The translations under genes were made by a program, and so were the position numbers. A DNA stretch of 62,590 bases, counting the filler, from Asterionella formosa (taxonomy: Eukaryota), in assembly GCA_002256025.1 (NCBI GenBank). It is 6 parts of 6 records of this genome, joined end to end, with 100 filler letters (N's around TTAATTAATTAA, not from the genome) between each part and the next. Parts side by side here need not be neighbours in the genome. Positions count along the whole stretch, not along the records: positions 27,767 to 55,407 come from NKIB01001452.1; 5 more parts are not named here. One strand, 5' to 3'. Positions 36,664-47,704 of this stretch are shown piece after piece (the stretch's first letter is position 1; every line of letters starts with the position of its first letter). Under the pieces are notes generated by a model. It was not told the origin of the DNA and made no database searches. It saw nothing but the letters and a program-made list of their open reading frames with translations.

Positions 36664-37578
36664 ATGAAACATTGTCAAGAATGCAAACAACGTGCTGCAC
36701 TCTATCAATGTCCGAGATGTGCCCGAATAACATGTTCGCTTGCATGTTGTCAAGTGCACAAGGAGAAAACTGGTTGCTCAGGAAAACGAGATAGAACGAC
36801 GTTTCGACGATTGGAAGAAATGAATGATGCAGCACTTCAGAGTGACTTTTTCTTTTTGGAGGACGTACTCCGACAAGTAGATGGAAGTAAACGTGTGCTG
36901 AAACAAGTGGGGGTTGGCACTACTAATGGAAAACATGACGCAACGAATAATATGTCTGAATCAAGAGAACATCCCATGTTACAACTGGCAGCAATAATAG
37001 CACAAGACACCCTCATGGATCCGACACTAGAAGAGGAAGGAGCGTCACGCAAGAGGCAGAAAACCCACGAATCACCCCTTCCTCCAAAATGGCGAAGATT
37101 GGTCCAACAAGCCCACGAACGCAAAATAACGCTTCTACTTATGCCACCCGGCATGGAACGTCATAAATCAAACACGACCTTTCACAACGTCAAGAATGAT
37201 ACCTTGCATTGGAAAGTGGAGTTTGTGTGTCATTTAGAGAAACAAATACTTTTAACCTGCAACAAGCTGCAAGAGTCTGCGACGCTAAGTGCCGAACTTA
37301 TTCGATTGATGCAAGATAGAAACATTGATATTGATGTGAAAGATATGCATTTGCTGTTGAAGAAACTGCCGTGCCCAGCTAATCACCCGAGATATGTACA
37401 AATCGCAAATGATCAAACTCTGAATGAAGCCATGGCAGGTATGACAGTCATAGAGTATCCTACCATTGACGTCGTCATGACAAAGGATTTGAGTAAGTTT
37501 CCACTCACCATTGTAGAACTTGTTGACGATGGTGATCATGAAGGCGAGGGCGGGGAACTAGGTAATCTACGTAGTTAG
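36664..37578 (+). CDS. BCD1: Box C/D snoRNA protein 1 (zf-HIT; BCD1/ZNHIT6)
   Basis: CQEC..YQCPRC..TCSLACCQVHKEKTGCSGKRDRT..LQSDFFFLE, then LMPPGMERHKSNTT..LHWKVEF..TVIEYPTI. Confidence 0.9.
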   Translation: MKHCQECKQRAALYQCPRCARITCSLACCQVHKEKTGCSGKRDRTTFRRLEEMNDAALQSDFFFLEDVLRQVDGSKRVLKQVGVGTTNGKHDATNNMSESREHPMLQLAAIIAQDTLMDPTLEEEGASRKRQKTHESPLPPKWRRLVQQAHERKITLLLMPPGMERHKSNTTFHNVKNDTLHWKVEFVCHLEKQILLTCNKLQESATLSAELIRLMQDRNIDIDVKDMHLLLKKLPCPANHPRYVQIANDQTLNEAMAGMTVIEYPTIDVVMTKDLSKFPLTIVELVDDGDHEGEGGELGNLRS

Positions 37579-37643
37579 ATACGAACCCTACCATCTTGTT
37601 TTCAACATGTCACAGAATGACTCAAGGCACTCCCATTCCATCC

Positions 37644-39353
37644 TCACATTGACGTCAAGGTCGACATCGCGTTCAGCGTCTGGGATGAGCCCCACACTGT
37701 ATCGCGTCGCTTGCCATACTCCTTCAACCATTCCACTACCGACAGAGTTTCCAACTTTGCATTTTTGCCTGCTCTCTTTTCGTCATGTCGTTGATGTCGG
37801 TCTTCCGCGGGCCAGAACCAGTTGTCCAAACGAGGATCCATCTTGCGAACGTCGGTGCATAGGTCCTTATTTAGTTGTTCTCGGCATTCGTGGAGAGCGG
37901 AGTCCAGTAGTGATTGCATCTCAGCAGTAATGACAAAGGCACAGCTTCGATATTGACCAGTTCCCTCAGCGTGCTTGCCATGAGCGCGAACTTTGGTGGG
38001 GTCATGAAGGGAGAGGAAACAGTCGATCAAGATACGAGGATCCAATACATTACGGTCAAATGTGACTCGCACAACTTCAGCGTGACCAGTTTCCGACTTG
38101 CAGACGTCTTCGTACGTTGGTGCCGTCGTTGTTCCACCAGCATAGCCGACTTGGGTATCCATGACCCCTGGAAGTCGTCTAAATGCATATTCAATATGCC
38201 AAAAACAGCCAGCTCCAAAAACTATGGTCTCTGTGTCAGTCGTCGACGAGAGAACCTCAGAAATCAACCTTCCCACTGGCAGATCCAAGTTGTCATTTAG
38301 TGTTTGCCATGACACTACAGGTGAAACATCGGGAATTTCGTCAAGGTACTTTCGCTTTGAAGGTATTAAATTCATGGCACTAGCGTTGATACAGTATCCA
38401 TTTCCTTTCCCAAAGTAATGTCCAAGGTGGCAACCACTTTTGGCACACACCACTTCTATGCGTTGATCAGGAGCACCTTCTTCTGGGTGCACTAAATTCA
38501 CGTGATCATCTGAAACCGGTCGCAGGAAGGATAGCCAGCCTGATCGTACGGTTGACATTGTCAAATCTTGAGTAGAAAATAGAGGAAGGTTTCCAACTGC
38601 GCAAACAAAGATACCCTGTTCTATATCTTCTTGCCGTACAGACCCACGGAAACTATAGCCATTGTGCGTTTGCTTGGAATCATATGGATCCGTGTTTCCT
38701 TCCAACAAAACCTGTCTCGTCAGTTCCTTGAGATCATTTGCTTGCTGTAGAATTTCTTCCGGTGTCATTCGTCGCAGCGAAAACCCGAGCGAAGAAATGC
38801 TCCCTAGGTCATCCTGATCGCAGGACGCTTCGCCCCACTTTGGCTTGTACAAGCCCTCGAGATTGGCTGCGTCAATATTAAACGCCGAAATCTTTTCGTT
38901 TTCATCTGGATCTAGAAATGACCAGCCATTCTGCACCAAGATGTTCTCAAACCCACGCACAACTTGTACCCAGCGAGGGGCTTCAAAGGATGCAGGTACA
39001 AGTTTGTCACCGAATGGTTTCTCTGGTGTGTTTACTAGCTTAAGCATCCCTGTGGCTCTCGCAAAGGTATATTGATGGGAATTAACATTGCCGTCGGATT
39101 TCAGTGTCACAGTTTTGTACCCAACGGATTGCAGAGCTTCCAAATGATCCTGTTGTTCCGACGGTTCGCCAAGGAACCCAACCAAAGTGGCCGCAGGATA
39201 CTCCGTTTCGTCGGACTCAGCTTGTAGTCGAATGCGGTATTTTCGAATTGCTGGATGAGAAACGAGGGCTCGTGCTGTTTGCGCAAGAAAGAGCAGAGAA
39301 ATAAGAAGCAAGGATTGTCGGCGTGGATGTCGAATACAGGTAGTCAATATCAT
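37644..39353 (-). CDS. Methionine sulfoxide reductase fusion (N-extension, MsrB, MsrA), probably plastid-targeted
   Basis: Signal peptide ending TARA-L. MsrB motifs GIFVCAVGNLPLF, SGWLSF, RIEVVCAKSGCHLGHYF and YCINAS. MsrA motifs FGAGCFW, VGYAGG, PTYEDVC, TGHAEVV, HDPT, GQYRS and AEDRHQ. Confidence 0.9.
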   Translation of the reverse strand: MILTTCIRHPRRQSLLLISLLFLAQTARALVSHPAIRKYRIRLQAESDETEYPAATLVGFLGEPSEQQDHLEALQSVGYKTVTLKSDGNVNSHQYTFARATGMLKLVNTPEKPFGDKLVPASFEAPRWVQVVRGFENILVQNGWSFLDPDENEKISAFNIDAANLEGLYKPKWGEASCDQDDLGSISSLGFSLRRMTPEEILQQANDLKELTRQVLLEGNTDPYDSKQTHNGYSFRGSVRQEDIEQGIFVCAVGNLPLFSTQDLTMSTVRSGWLSFLRPVSDDHVNLVHPEEGAPDQRIEVVCAKSGCHLGHYFGKGNGYCINASAMNLIPSKRKYLDEIPDVSPVVSWQTLNDNLDLPVGRLISEVLSSTTDTETIVFGAGCFWHIEYAFRRLPGVMDTQVGYAGGTTTAPTYEDVCKSETGHAEVVRVTFDRNVLDPRILIDCFLSLHDPTKVRAHGKHAEGTGQYRSCAFVITAEMQSLLDSALHECREQLNKDLCTDVRKMDPRLDNWFWPAEDRHQRHDEKRAGKNAKLETLSVVEWLKEYGKRRDTVWGSSQTLNAMSTLTSM

Positions 39354-40229
39354 GGTGAAAATCTTGTTTGGTTACTCAAAATCATTAGCCAAAGCATCAA
39401 GAACGTGGATGTAAAGTTCGTAAATATTCCGTACATGCACATGATTAGGGTACGTATATTAGTACATACCGTGTNNNNNNNNNNNNNNNNNNNNNNNNNN
39501 NNNNNNNNNNNNNNNNNNNNNNNNNNNNNNNNNNNNNNNNNNNNNNNNNNNNNNNNNNNNNNNNNNNNNNNNNNNNNNNNNNNNNNNNNNNNNNNNNNNN
39601 NNNNNNNNNNNNNNNNNNNNNNNNNNNNNNNNNNNNNNNNNNNNNNNNNNNNNNNNNNNNNNNNNNNNNNNNNNNNNNNNNNNNNNNNNNNNNNNNNNNN
39701 NNNNNNNNNNNNNNNNNNNNNNNNNNNNNNNNNNNNNNNNNNNNNNNNNNNNNNNNNNNNNNNNNNNNNNNNNNNNNNNNNNNNNNNNNNNNNNNNNNNN
39801 NNNNNNNNNNNNNNNNNNNNNNNNNNNNNNNNNNNNNNNNNNNNNNNNNNNNNNNNNNNNNNNNNNNNNNNCACATCTAATGTAGCGTTTCTTTTTTATG
39901 TATACATGAGATTCAATCAACATTGTCACGACACAACGGAATAACCGGGATAGGTGAGTCTCACAAACGTTCGACAATGATCATTGCAAGACCGTTCCAT
40001 AAATACACCGTTAAAGTTGTCATATCCCTATTGTTCATGCTGGTCCACGAGAGCGAAGCGTTTGTCAAATCAGATCGAAGCTGGACGCAAACGAGGTAAA
40101 TGTTCATCGTATGGCGTGCGAAGTGTCGCGTTGCTCTTTGTCTATTGTTTCTATGAATAATACTCGTGTCTCGATAACTCGAACATTGGATCCCAAATTC
40201 TCATATACGATACTTGCTTCAGAACCATA

Positions 40230-40865
40230 ATGGCAGCGGCAACGATCACGAAGCGGATGGTAGGGAAACTTCGGCCAGAGACCACAGCCTTTCTTCTCTG
40301 CGACATTCAGGAGCGATTCCGACCCCTCATGCACTATGGTGAGACTGTCATTTCTACTGCTCAATACATGACATCTGTCGCAAAGGCACTAGAGATTCCA
40401 GTCGTCGGCACTGAACAATACTCCAAGGTCTTTGGTCCGACAATCGGCGATTGTTTTGCTTCACCAGAAGACTTGAACGCCACCAACATTTTTGAAAAGA
40501 AACTCTTTAGTATGCTGACTGATGAAGTCCAAGAACATTTAGAGAAACTTAACAAATCGTCGTATGTTCTCTTTGGAATTGAAACCCATGTTTGTGTCCA
40601 GCAGACAGCCTTGGATTTGCTGGAGCGTGGTCATGATGTGCACATTATCGTCGATGGAGTCAGTTCCCAGCAGGCCTATGATCGTGAGATTGCGTTACAG
40701 CGCCTGTCACAAGCGGGCGCATTCTTGACAACGGCACAATCAGCGGCATTCATGCTGATGCAATCAGCAAATCATGCCAACTTTAAGGTTGTCTCCAAGT
40801 TGACTGTTGAACATATGAAGAAGAAAAATGAATTCAATCTTGCTATTTTGGGCAAGGTTGATTGA
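40230..40865 (+). CDS. Isochorismatase-domain protein (ISOC2-like)
   Basis: FLLCDIQERFRP, TEQY, KKLFSM, FGIETHVCVQQTALDLL, DGVSS. Confidence 0.92.
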   Translation: MAAATITKRMVGKLRPETTAFLLCDIQERFRPLMHYGETVISTAQYMTSVAKALEIPVVGTEQYSKVFGPTIGDCFASPEDLNATNIFEKKLFSMLTDEVQEHLEKLNKSSYVLFGIETHVCVQQTALDLLERGHDVHIIVDGVSSQQAYDREIALQRLSQAGAFLTTAQSAAFMLMQSANHANFKVVSKLTVEHMKKKNEFNLAILGKVD

Positions 40866-40935
40866 TCAATTGTATACTCTTAGCATGCACTATACACAAG
40901 CTGAATTAATTTTTAGTGCGAAATTTATTTTGGTC

Positions 40936-41039
40936 AGGAATCTCTTTATTCCCAGTGCACATATTCATTGTCATGTGTTAGTCATTTAGGAATCTCTTTA
41001 TTCCCAGTGCACATATTCATTGTCATGTGTTGGTCATTT
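40936..41039 (+). repeat. 52-bp tandem duplication
   Basis: aggaatctctttattcccagtgcacatattcattgtcatgtgtt(a/g)gtcattt twice, with one mismatch. Confidence 0.9.
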
Positions 41040-43498
41040 ACTTATTCAGTCATCCAAAGGAATGTAAATGAGCTTGTTGTGGTATCTTATTATAGTATGC
41101 TAGGAATGCTCTTTTTTGCATTGTGAAGGGATTGCTAGACCAACCATTAGAGCAACTGTTTCCAAGATAACTACCGGAGACATTCNNNNNNNNNNNNNNN
41201 NNNNNNNNNNNNNNNNNNNNNNNNNNNNNNNNNNNNNNNNNNNNNNNNNNNNNNNNNNNNNNNNNNNNNNNNNNNNNNNNNNNNNNNNNNNNNNNNNNNN
41301 NNNNNNNNNNNNNNNNNNNNNNNNNNNNNNNNNNNNNNNNNNNNNNNNNNNNNNNNNNNNNNNNNNNNNNNNNNNNNNNNNNNNNNNNNNNNNNNNNNNN
41401 NNNNNNNNNNNNNNNNNNNNNNNNNNNNNNNNNNNNNNNNNNNNNNNNNNNNNNNNNNNNNNNNNNNNNNNNNNNNNNNNNNNNNNNNNNNNNNNNNNNN
41501 NNNNNNNNNNNNNNNNNNNNNNNNNNNNNNNNNNNNNNNNNNNNNNNNNNNNNNNNNNNNNNNNNNNNNNNNNNNNNNNNNNNNNNNNNNNNNNNNNNNN
41601 NNNNNNNNNNNNNNNNNNNNNNNNNNNNNNNNNNNNNNNNNNNNNNNNNNNNNNNNNNNNNNNNGCTAGCTCGTTGCAATTCATCCAGAAGGCCCTGCAT
41701 TGGTTTGGTTGAAAAATGCAGTTTAATTGCCCAGGTTTGAGAGAACATTAATAAGGGGCAATAATGTCGTCTTAAGCAAGCAATAATTATTCAACACAAT
41801 ATTGTGATTTTCCTTTATTAGAGCAGTACAACGGATCAAAAAGGGATATGACCTTGTTGTCAGGATGCATATGAGAAAAAAATAGACAACAAATCCAATC
41901 TTCGAAAGTGGCTTTTTCAATGCAGAACCATAGAAAATCATTACTAGTTGCTTCTTTTTCATGCACTAGCTTTTTCCCCACCCTTTTCAAATTGACCTTT
42001 CTTAGAATTGCTATCTCCCCATCGCACATAATAACAATAGCGCCACATGATTTGGACGCTTGGCAGTGATCATAGCATACCAGCAGTATATTGAATGCCA
42101 ACAGTAAGCAATATAGTGCATCATGACAATCATGTACAGATACAGGTAGCTACCGGTATGTGATACATACCGTATCATGCATCATATGTAGTTGTGGCTG
42201 CTGCCAAACTTGCCTTCGCCTGTTGCTAAGGGCCATTCTTATCATTTTTCATCGTGTTTCACTAAATTTTGAAAATTTTTGAAAATGTGCCAGCAGCAGT
42301 AACTCGATTTGAACTGAATTTCATTCATTCCAAACTTGACACTTTATCACTAATTTCTTTTAGAGTTTATCATGCTGGAGTAAGATGGATGGTTAGCGGT
42401 AACATCGAAATATATCTGAGCAGTAATATACATATGCGTAGCCTAAATAAAAATAACCGGAAAAAATAATAAATATATCATGTGACGGAGCCTGCTTATA
42501 CATCCTACTGATACCAGTACTGGGAGACTTGTCAACATGTTGCTTGTCAACGCATTGACCATGTTAATAATTGGTCATTTCTCCATTAACATTGCAAACG
42601 AGTTACTGCACCTTTGAGGACTAATATATAATTGTATGAACGATGCATAAGAAAAGAAAATATACATATATCTTTAAAATTGCGTAAGAAATTACGAATC
42701 TTCGATGTAAAATAATATTTGTCAATTTATAGGAATGCAAATAGAACTATTGATTTGTTCCAGCAACAATGACTATAGCTATGATGACTACTAGCTAATA
42801 CGACTAAAAAGATGCCATCATTTGACATTAGGGATGATTGCAAAAGTGGTGTGAGGCTAGACATTGAATTATTGATGCCATTAGATCAATCAATTGCATC
42901 AGTGGTATTTTCATGTTGCGCTATGATGCTGATGTTGATTTTCCCATCAAGAAAATAAATTAAATAGTGGTCGCTTGCATGTTTACATTTATATTACCAT
43001 TATGTACAAGTATTTTTGTATTTTAGCTATATGCATTTGTAATTTTATATCCGATGATGTCAGAAATCATAGCCCTATCCCCTAATTTCGGGCTGGTTAG
43101 GGTACGTCACCAGTCCTACCGGTACATCATTTGCAAACCATCATCCTTGGTGTGGGGTTTTTAATCAGCTCGCAGGAATCATCACGCAAACTTAGCGGCT
43201 GTTGTGGTACCAACCTGGTACCTGGTACCTACGGTTCTTCTCCGCAATAAGAAAAGGCAGACAAACTGTCGTATGCCTATGTTGTGTATTTGAACGATAG
43301 CCATCTTGCATTTTTGACACCTTTTATACCGATGTGATGACACCAGCGAAAGAAGCCCAAATGGGAAAGTGCATCGAATCTCACCATATTTCACATAAAT
43401 GTTTGAAATTGAATCAAACTAGTTGGCGTTCTTTGTGTGCAAAGTGAATATTACAGAGGATTAGATGCAAAGGATATCCAAACAGAAGGCTTGAAGAG

Positions 43499-44536
43499 AT
43501 GATGCGTTCACGTCTCAATAAGGTTTTGATCTTTCTTACTTTCGTTTGCCTTTTGTCAGTCAACGCGTCGCCCCTTCGACGACGCATCCTGTTTCGCAAA
43601 TTTTCATTGGAACGACGAAAGGAACAGCGACGTTTCGTTTCTTCTCAAGCGAAACACGGAAGCACTCGTGAGGGAACATGCCTCCGATGGTCGTTACCGA
43701 CAGTGGACCGAGCTACCAAGTGGTTCTCCGCGCGATCCTTGACTTTCAACCACAAAGCTGTTGGTATGACCAATCCTTCCTTGCATATCGCATTTAATGA
43801 ACATAATGAAGCCGTTATACAAGCGTCAGCAAAGACGAGATTAGGAGACGAAGTGGAGTGGTGGCCTCAGGCTGCCGTAACAGATAAATCTTGGAAAATG
43901 AAAAGGTATAGGCGACGACTTGGTTCTGGAACTGCCATTTACGAAGCCGTCCGAGACGCGTGTCTCGACTGGGAATTCCAATCGAAGGGACGTGGTATTG
44001 TTCAAGTCAAATCGACGACGGAACCTAGAAGCTTCCATCGCCGAGAATCTCGGGGAGTCTACGAAGTAGTGCATACTGGTATCGACGGCGATGGAGATAT
44101 GATGTGTACACCAGACAGCTGTCGCCAGATTGGATCAGGGAGACGACTGGCCACATACACAGAAACCTCGCTGAAGCTGAAGTGGTTACCTAGGATCTTT
44201 ATAGTAAATCCAGTCATGGTAGTTTACGATCTCGTTGATCAACGCGCTGCTGGAACCACATACACCTCCACAGCCTATGCCACAATGAAGGGTCACTGGC
44301 TCTCGGGAGAGGAACGCTTGACTGTGGCACACCGAGATGGATCGGGAAACGTAGATCTGGAGCTTCTCTCGTATTCAAGACCAGCAGCTTCGCTAATCGG
44401 CCGTCTCGTGTGGCCTTTCGTTGGGCCTTTTCAAACCAAGTTTTTTGTCGATCAAATGGATTCTTTAGAACAAGTTGCTCACTCGATTTCGCGGCCAAGG
44501 ACAATACCAAGCCTACAAGAGTTTAATGATTCGTAA
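43499..44536 (+). CDS. DUF1990-like protein with N-terminal signal peptide
   Basis: RRRLGSGTAIYEAVRDACLDWE, IVNPVMVVY, AYATMKGHWLSGEERLTV, LELLSYSRP, PFQTKFF. Confidence 0.8.
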   Translation: MMRSRLNKVLIFLTFVCLLSVNASPLRRRILFRKFSLERRKEQRRFVSSQAKHGSTREGTCLRWSLPTVDRATKWFSARSLTFNHKAVGMTNPSLHIAFNEHNEAVIQASAKTRLGDEVEWWPQAAVTDKSWKMKRYRRRLGSGTAIYEAVRDACLDWEFQSKGRGIVQVKSTTEPRSFHRRESRGVYEVVHTGIDGDGDMMCTPDSCRQIGSGRRLATYTETSLKLKWLPRIFIVNPVMVVYDLVDQRAAGTTYTSTAYATMKGHWLSGEERLTVAHRDGSGNVDLELLSYSRPAASLIGRLVWPFVGPFQTKFFVDQMDSLEQVAHSISRPRTIPSLQEFNDS

Positions 44537-44671
44537 GATTCTCGGGATACTGAATGACTCATCTGTAAGCATTGCTATAAATAGTGGAACAGTTATGATC
44601 TACTATTAGTGAACCCTCTACTCCCGTCAGCAGATTTTCGCTGTCGACGACTTGAACGAAAATGATCCGTT

Positions 44672-47600
44672 TTAGCCTCTGCGCCCGTGGTAGTTACTGT
44701 GATAGTGCCTAACGTTGTTCTTGTGACCTGTTTCTTTGGATGACACCTTCTTGGACGTCTCGACAGACTCAGCAGCAACCTTCAAGTGTGAACGACCACT
44801 CATGCGACTGCTCAGCTTGTCATCCTTCTTCTCGAGGGTGGATATAGGAAGCAGTCTCTTCTTCGCAATATTTGACCCAGTCGACACTTCATTTTCCAAC
44901 CTGGTACCAGATACTTCGCTGGTGTCCAAAGATTTATCAGGAAAAACTGCTTCTTCTGTAGTGTTCGTCGGTGTTGCCAACAAAAATTTCTCTGTGGAAA
45001 GATGTTTCCTGTTAGACTTTCCTTCAACATCACGCTTATGTTTTGAACCAGTTTTCGAATCCATATCTTGTGTCTCCCTTGAAGTGATCACTGACGAATC
45101 TGATTTGAAACTCCCTCCTTTCCTTAATGAGGAGTGCTGGATTTCCCTCGCTCCATTTTCCGAAAACGAGGTGGAATTACTGCTGGATAACGTCGATCGC
45201 AAGAATCCTTTCTTCTCGAACCTAGATCCCTGCTGAATATCCTCTCGCTTCGTTTCGTTCCTTTCATCATTCACTGTTGTCATGTTGTCTATAAGTTCCT
45301 TCTTGTCCTTTTCAGCGAGAGTTGATGGTACAACGACGCCTTCACCTTTGCCGCTCTCTTTTAATTCGACATTGACAGTATCGTTCTTTGCATTCCCAAC
45401 CATTTCCTCCATGGCATGTAGCTTGGGATTTAATGCGTCAAGAACATTCCCAGCAAGGGATTCCGACAGCGATTTGTTGCTCATTACACTGTAGTCCTCG
45501 TTGATGCTTGCGGCATTGGTGTTTCCGACACTGACAAAACTAACGTTTTTGCCCGCTGACAAGTCTTCTTGATGCTCATTGCCTGTGTCTTTGGTCGTGA
45601 CAGTAACATTCGTTTGTACCTCGGCCGTAGGGGGAAGTATCAAATGCGCATTGTCCTCCGTCGTGGTTGTATTGTTGTCGTCAACTTTATCTCCATCCTT
45701 GTTTATGGTATTTTTCTCATTGCTTTTATCGATTGGGAACTTTGGATGAATCTGTGCGGTGCTTTCACCACTTTCCTCTTCATCATGAGTTTTCACATTA
45801 ACTCCACTGCCGTCACCAACGGTGAAATTGCCGATTTCCTCACCACTTTTGAAAGTGGTTTCTCGGTTCTCATTTCCATCGCTAGGTAGTTTCGGAGGAG
45901 TCAAGCGATCTCCAATCTTGGCCGAACTGTCAATGACTTCTTCCCCATTGCTTCGACGACCAAAACCTTTCATACCGGTGCTCAAGCCATCTCCATCCGC
46001 GGTTTCATTGCTTCTTTCTCTTCTACCAGAAAGATTTGGCAGGGTGAAGTTGTCTTTGAAGTTACTCTGATTACCCTCGACATTATTTCCATGTTCAACG
46101 TGCGGTTTATTGTCTTTATTGCCAAGCCCGGAAACCTTTGGAGAGGCGACGCGTCCTTCACCCTTGGCTAATCCCTTCTCCTCACTTAGGTTGTCATCAT
46201 CATTATCGTCAGGGATTTCTCGAGGAGGTTTATCGGTAACATTCCCGCCACCTGGGATCGTATCCATATCCTTGGATTCACCTTGCTCGTCATAAAGTGT
46301 AGGTTTCTCGGCAGTGCTTTCTCCACCTTCGCTCCCACCGCCGCTGTCAGTCTTTTCGTTTTCTCCTTCATCGTCAGGAAGTTTAGGAGGAGCAAAGCGT
46401 TTCTCGGCGGAGAGTTCGTCTTCGGATACATTCGTTTCATTGTCCTCTCCTTTGTTCCTTAGTTTTGAATTGACGACACTCTCGCCATCTTCGTCTTCTA
46501 ATTCATCCTTGTCTTTGGTTTCATTCTCCTCCCCTTCATCATTGCGAAGTTTAGGATCGGCGCCATCTTCGTCTTCTAATTCATCCTTGTCTTTGCTTTC
46601 ATTCTCCTCCCCTTCATCATTGCGAAGTTTAGGATCGGCGCCATCTTTGTCTTCTAATTCATCCTTGTCTTTGGTTTCATTCTCCTCCCCTTCGTCATTG
46701 CGAAGATTAGGATCGGCGCCATCTTCGTCTTCTAATTCATCCTTGTCTTTATTTTCATTCTCCTCCCCTTCGTCTTCTAAAAGATCCTTGTCTTCGGTCT
46801 CATTCTCCTCCTCTTCTTCATTGGGAAGCTTTGGATCGGCGGCGTCCTCGCCTTCGGACAAAGCATCGCGAGTGGTTTCGTTACCCTCTTCTTCATTGTG
46901 AGGTTTTGGATCGACAGCACTCTCGCCATCTTTATCTTTGGACACATCCTTGTCTGTCTTTGGAGTTTTGAATTGTTTGTCGCCAGTGCCATCTTCGCTG
47001 CCTTTTTTTCCCGGTTTTCCAAGCTCTCCATATTCGTGATGTTTCTCGTCAGTGCTCTCGTCCGCGCCATCTTCGCCGTGTTCTTCCGCGGATTCCTCAC
47101 CGAGTTCGTCTTTTTTGTCACCATTCAACGCAAGCTTATCGGATCCAGTTTTGGGGTTTTCAATAGCAAAATGATCACGATTTGTGTCAACTGAATCTTC
47201 TTCACTTCGCTTAGCATCGGATACATCCCACTGTTCTTTCTTCGCTGCGGCATCGCTGATTCCAGCAGCAGAACGTCCTTCATTAGACGATTTCTCCCAC
47301 TCCGCGGAAGTCCTGATACCTCCACTAGAAACAGCTGAAGTCGTCTTGATCCCTCCAATTTTTTCCTTGTTCGAGCTCGCGTTTTCACCATCACCGGTGG
47401 CCTTCATTTGGTTTCCAAACGCATCAATGCTGCGGCCGATTGGCAAGGTCGAGTCCGCTAGTCTCTTCGCTGGCAATGGCGGTGCTGACGGAGACACCGA
47501 CCAACTAATAGCGAAATAAAGCACCACGACAACTGTCACGACTAAACACGCCTGCTTGGCCAGCAAACTCTTGGATTGGATTTTGACTTGTTGAGCGCCA

Positions 47601-47704
47601 TAGCGCGGATCACTAAAGCCAAGAGATCGACCGCTGCCGCTGGTCCCACTAAAGGGATTGTCAGGCAGCTGGGGGTTTTGATTCCTTCTGTGCATAACTG
47701 CCAT
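44672..47704 (-). CDS. 1010-aa predicted type II membrane protein with an acidic, low-complexity, N-glycosylation-rich luminal region
   Basis: Uninterrupted ORF with a single hydrophobic segment ACLVVTVVVVLYFAISW near the N-terminus, many N-x-S/T sequons and a D/E-rich core. Confidence 0.8.
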   Translation of the reverse strand: MAVMHRRNQNPQLPDNPFSGTSGSGRSLGFSDPRYGAQQVKIQSKSLLAKQACLVVTVVVVLYFAISWSVSPSAPPLPAKRLADSTLPIGRSIDAFGNQMKATGDGENASSNKEKIGGIKTTSAVSSGGIRTSAEWEKSSNEGRSAAGISDAAAKKEQWDVSDAKRSEEDSVDTNRDHFAIENPKTGSDKLALNGDKKDELGEESAEEHGEDGADESTDEKHHEYGELGKPGKKGSEDGTGDKQFKTPKTDKDVSKDKDGESAVDPKPHNEEEGNETTRDALSEGEDAADPKLPNEEEEENETEDKDLLEDEGEENENKDKDELEDEDGADPNLRNDEGEENETKDKDELEDKDGADPKLRNDEGEENESKDKDELEDEDGADPKLRNDEGEENETKDKDELEDEDGESVVNSKLRNKGEDNETNVSEDELSAEKRFAPPKLPDDEGENEKTDSGGGSEGGESTAEKPTLYDEQGESKDMDTIPGGGNVTDKPPREIPDDNDDDNLSEEKGLAKGEGRVASPKVSGLGNKDNKPHVEHGNNVEGNQSNFKDNFTLPNLSGRRERSNETADGDGLSTGMKGFGRRSNGEEVIDSSAKIGDRLTPPKLPSDGNENRETTFKSGEEIGNFTVGDGSGVNVKTHDEEESGESTAQIHPKFPIDKSNEKNTINKDGDKVDDNNTTTTEDNAHLILPPTAEVQTNVTVTTKDTGNEHQEDLSAGKNVSFVSVGNTNAASINEDYSVMSNKSLSESLAGNVLDALNPKLHAMEEMVGNAKNDTVNVELKESGKGEGVVVPSTLAEKDKKELIDNMTTVNDERNETKREDIQQGSRFEKKGFLRSTLSSSNSTSFSENGAREIQHSSLRKGGSFKSDSSVITSRETQDMDSKTGSKHKRDVEGKSNRKHLSTEKFLLATPTNTTEEAVFPDKSLDTSEVSGTRLENEVSTGSNIAKKRLLPISTLEKKDDKLSSRMSGRSHLKVAAESVETSKKVSSKETGHKNNVRHYHSNYHGRRG
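46483..46770 (-). repeat. Coding tandem repeat, 78 bp (26 aa KDKDELEDEDGADPKLRNDEGEENET), about 3.5 copies plus degenerate flanks
   Basis: taggatcggcgcc recurs at 46552, 46630 and 46708. Confidence 0.9.

Noticed and set aside
19716..37578. Functional cluster of ribosome-related genes (UTP4, ABC-F, BCD1)
   Set aside because: They are separated by unrelated genes and a contig linker. There is no evidence beyond chance proximity.
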